A stretch of 64,000 bases of DNA from Macrostomum lignano. Lineage: Eukaryota. Positions 63,422 to 64,000 of the stretch are shown in pieces. The stretch covers positions 248,001-312,000 of the forward strand of contig NIVC01000822.1 in NCBI GenBank assembly GCA_002269645.1, read 5' to 3'. The translations under genes were made by a program, and so were the position numbers. The notes under the pieces were generated by a model. The model had not been told where the DNA came from, did no database searches, and worked only from the letters and a program-made list of their open reading frames with translations. Position 1 is the first letter of the stretch; each line of letters starts with the position of its first letter.

Positions 63422-64000
63422 GAGGATTGCCTTCTTCCCAGAACTGGACAGACCATTTTCAGTGCTTGAAGCAACTGTAGCAGTACTGTGAAATTGATGA
63501 GACAGGCACTGAAGGCAAAATTTTCTTTTTCATTATTGTACAGTACAGCCAGCTCGTCAGTATATATAGAACTTTTCTTCTTTTGCCTCGGTGAGGTATA
63601 GAGACGGGAAAAATTTGCGAAGCTTCCAGTCCAGATGCTATATAGAAAAGTCCCTGATCAGTCCCTGGCTACTGTCTCTCTCTGGACTGTAACTGAATAA
63701 ATAATTTATCTCCCAAAGTTGCGGGTCCAAATATGATGTTCCCCACAACCCTCTAAAAGCTAAAGGGGCCAGCATGCAGCTCACAGTGCGTCTCTCTCTT
63801 CCCTTCATCTTCCTGTCTCTCACTACACAGGCTTCGCGCTAGGCTGTAAATTGTATAGCTCCTAATAAAACTAAAACTGACGCTGCGCTGGCGTGGGTCC
63901 CATTAAGTCAGAGTAAACGCAGAGGGGGAGAGGGGGAGAGAGAGACGCAGAGCAAACGACCAAAGAATTAATGGCTTAATGCAAATTCCCAATGCATAGA

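Larger units (their letters stand above)
59709..63480 (-). mobile_element. Ngaro/DIRS-type tyrosine-recombinase retrotransposon, degenerate
   Basis: gag, RT, RNase H and YR lie in overlapping frames on the minus strand. RLIHDCSAPEGNSVN and the CCCH-type gag finger point to Ngaro. Terminal split repeats not found. Confidence 0.88.

Noticed and set aside
59600-64000. Split direct repeats or ITRs of the Ngaro-like element
   Set aside because: I found no match between the sequence after the YR stop and the sequence upstream of gag; 63520-64000 looks like an unrelated LTR-like piece.

Overview
Eukaryotic (invertebrate-like) genomic DNA made almost entirely of transposable elements; I could not identify any host gene, tRNA/rRNA or CRISPR array. 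Short GT-AG introns and GC-rich ORFs sit in an AT-rich background. The centre (about 11.2-33.6 kb) is one degenerate Ty3/Gypsy retrotransposon split by five separately dated insertions whose junctions resolve to the base: a P element (7-bp TSD), a Sola2 element (4-bp TSD, itself carrying an LTR-element fragment), an 8.3-kb nearly intact Helitron, and two solo LTRs. The Helitron has a 7-exon STPR-like/OTU/Rep/PIF1 gene and a 2-exon RPA-like gene. Elsewhere: a Tc1-like DD37E element with IR/DR ends, two solo LTRs of one family, EnSpm/CACTA-like transposase remnants, an 8-exon hAT-like transposase pseudogene, an APE-RT LINE with a duplicated 3' UTR block at its 5' junction, scrambled RNase H-bearing LINE fragments between Helitron-like ends, and a Ngaro/DIRS-type tyrosine-recombinase retrotransposon. 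All family assignments come from motif recognition by eye; no database search was run. I found no clearly new biological system. The Helitron (domain set, shared 3' UTR motif, doubled terminus) and the hAT-like gene deserve the closest follow-up.
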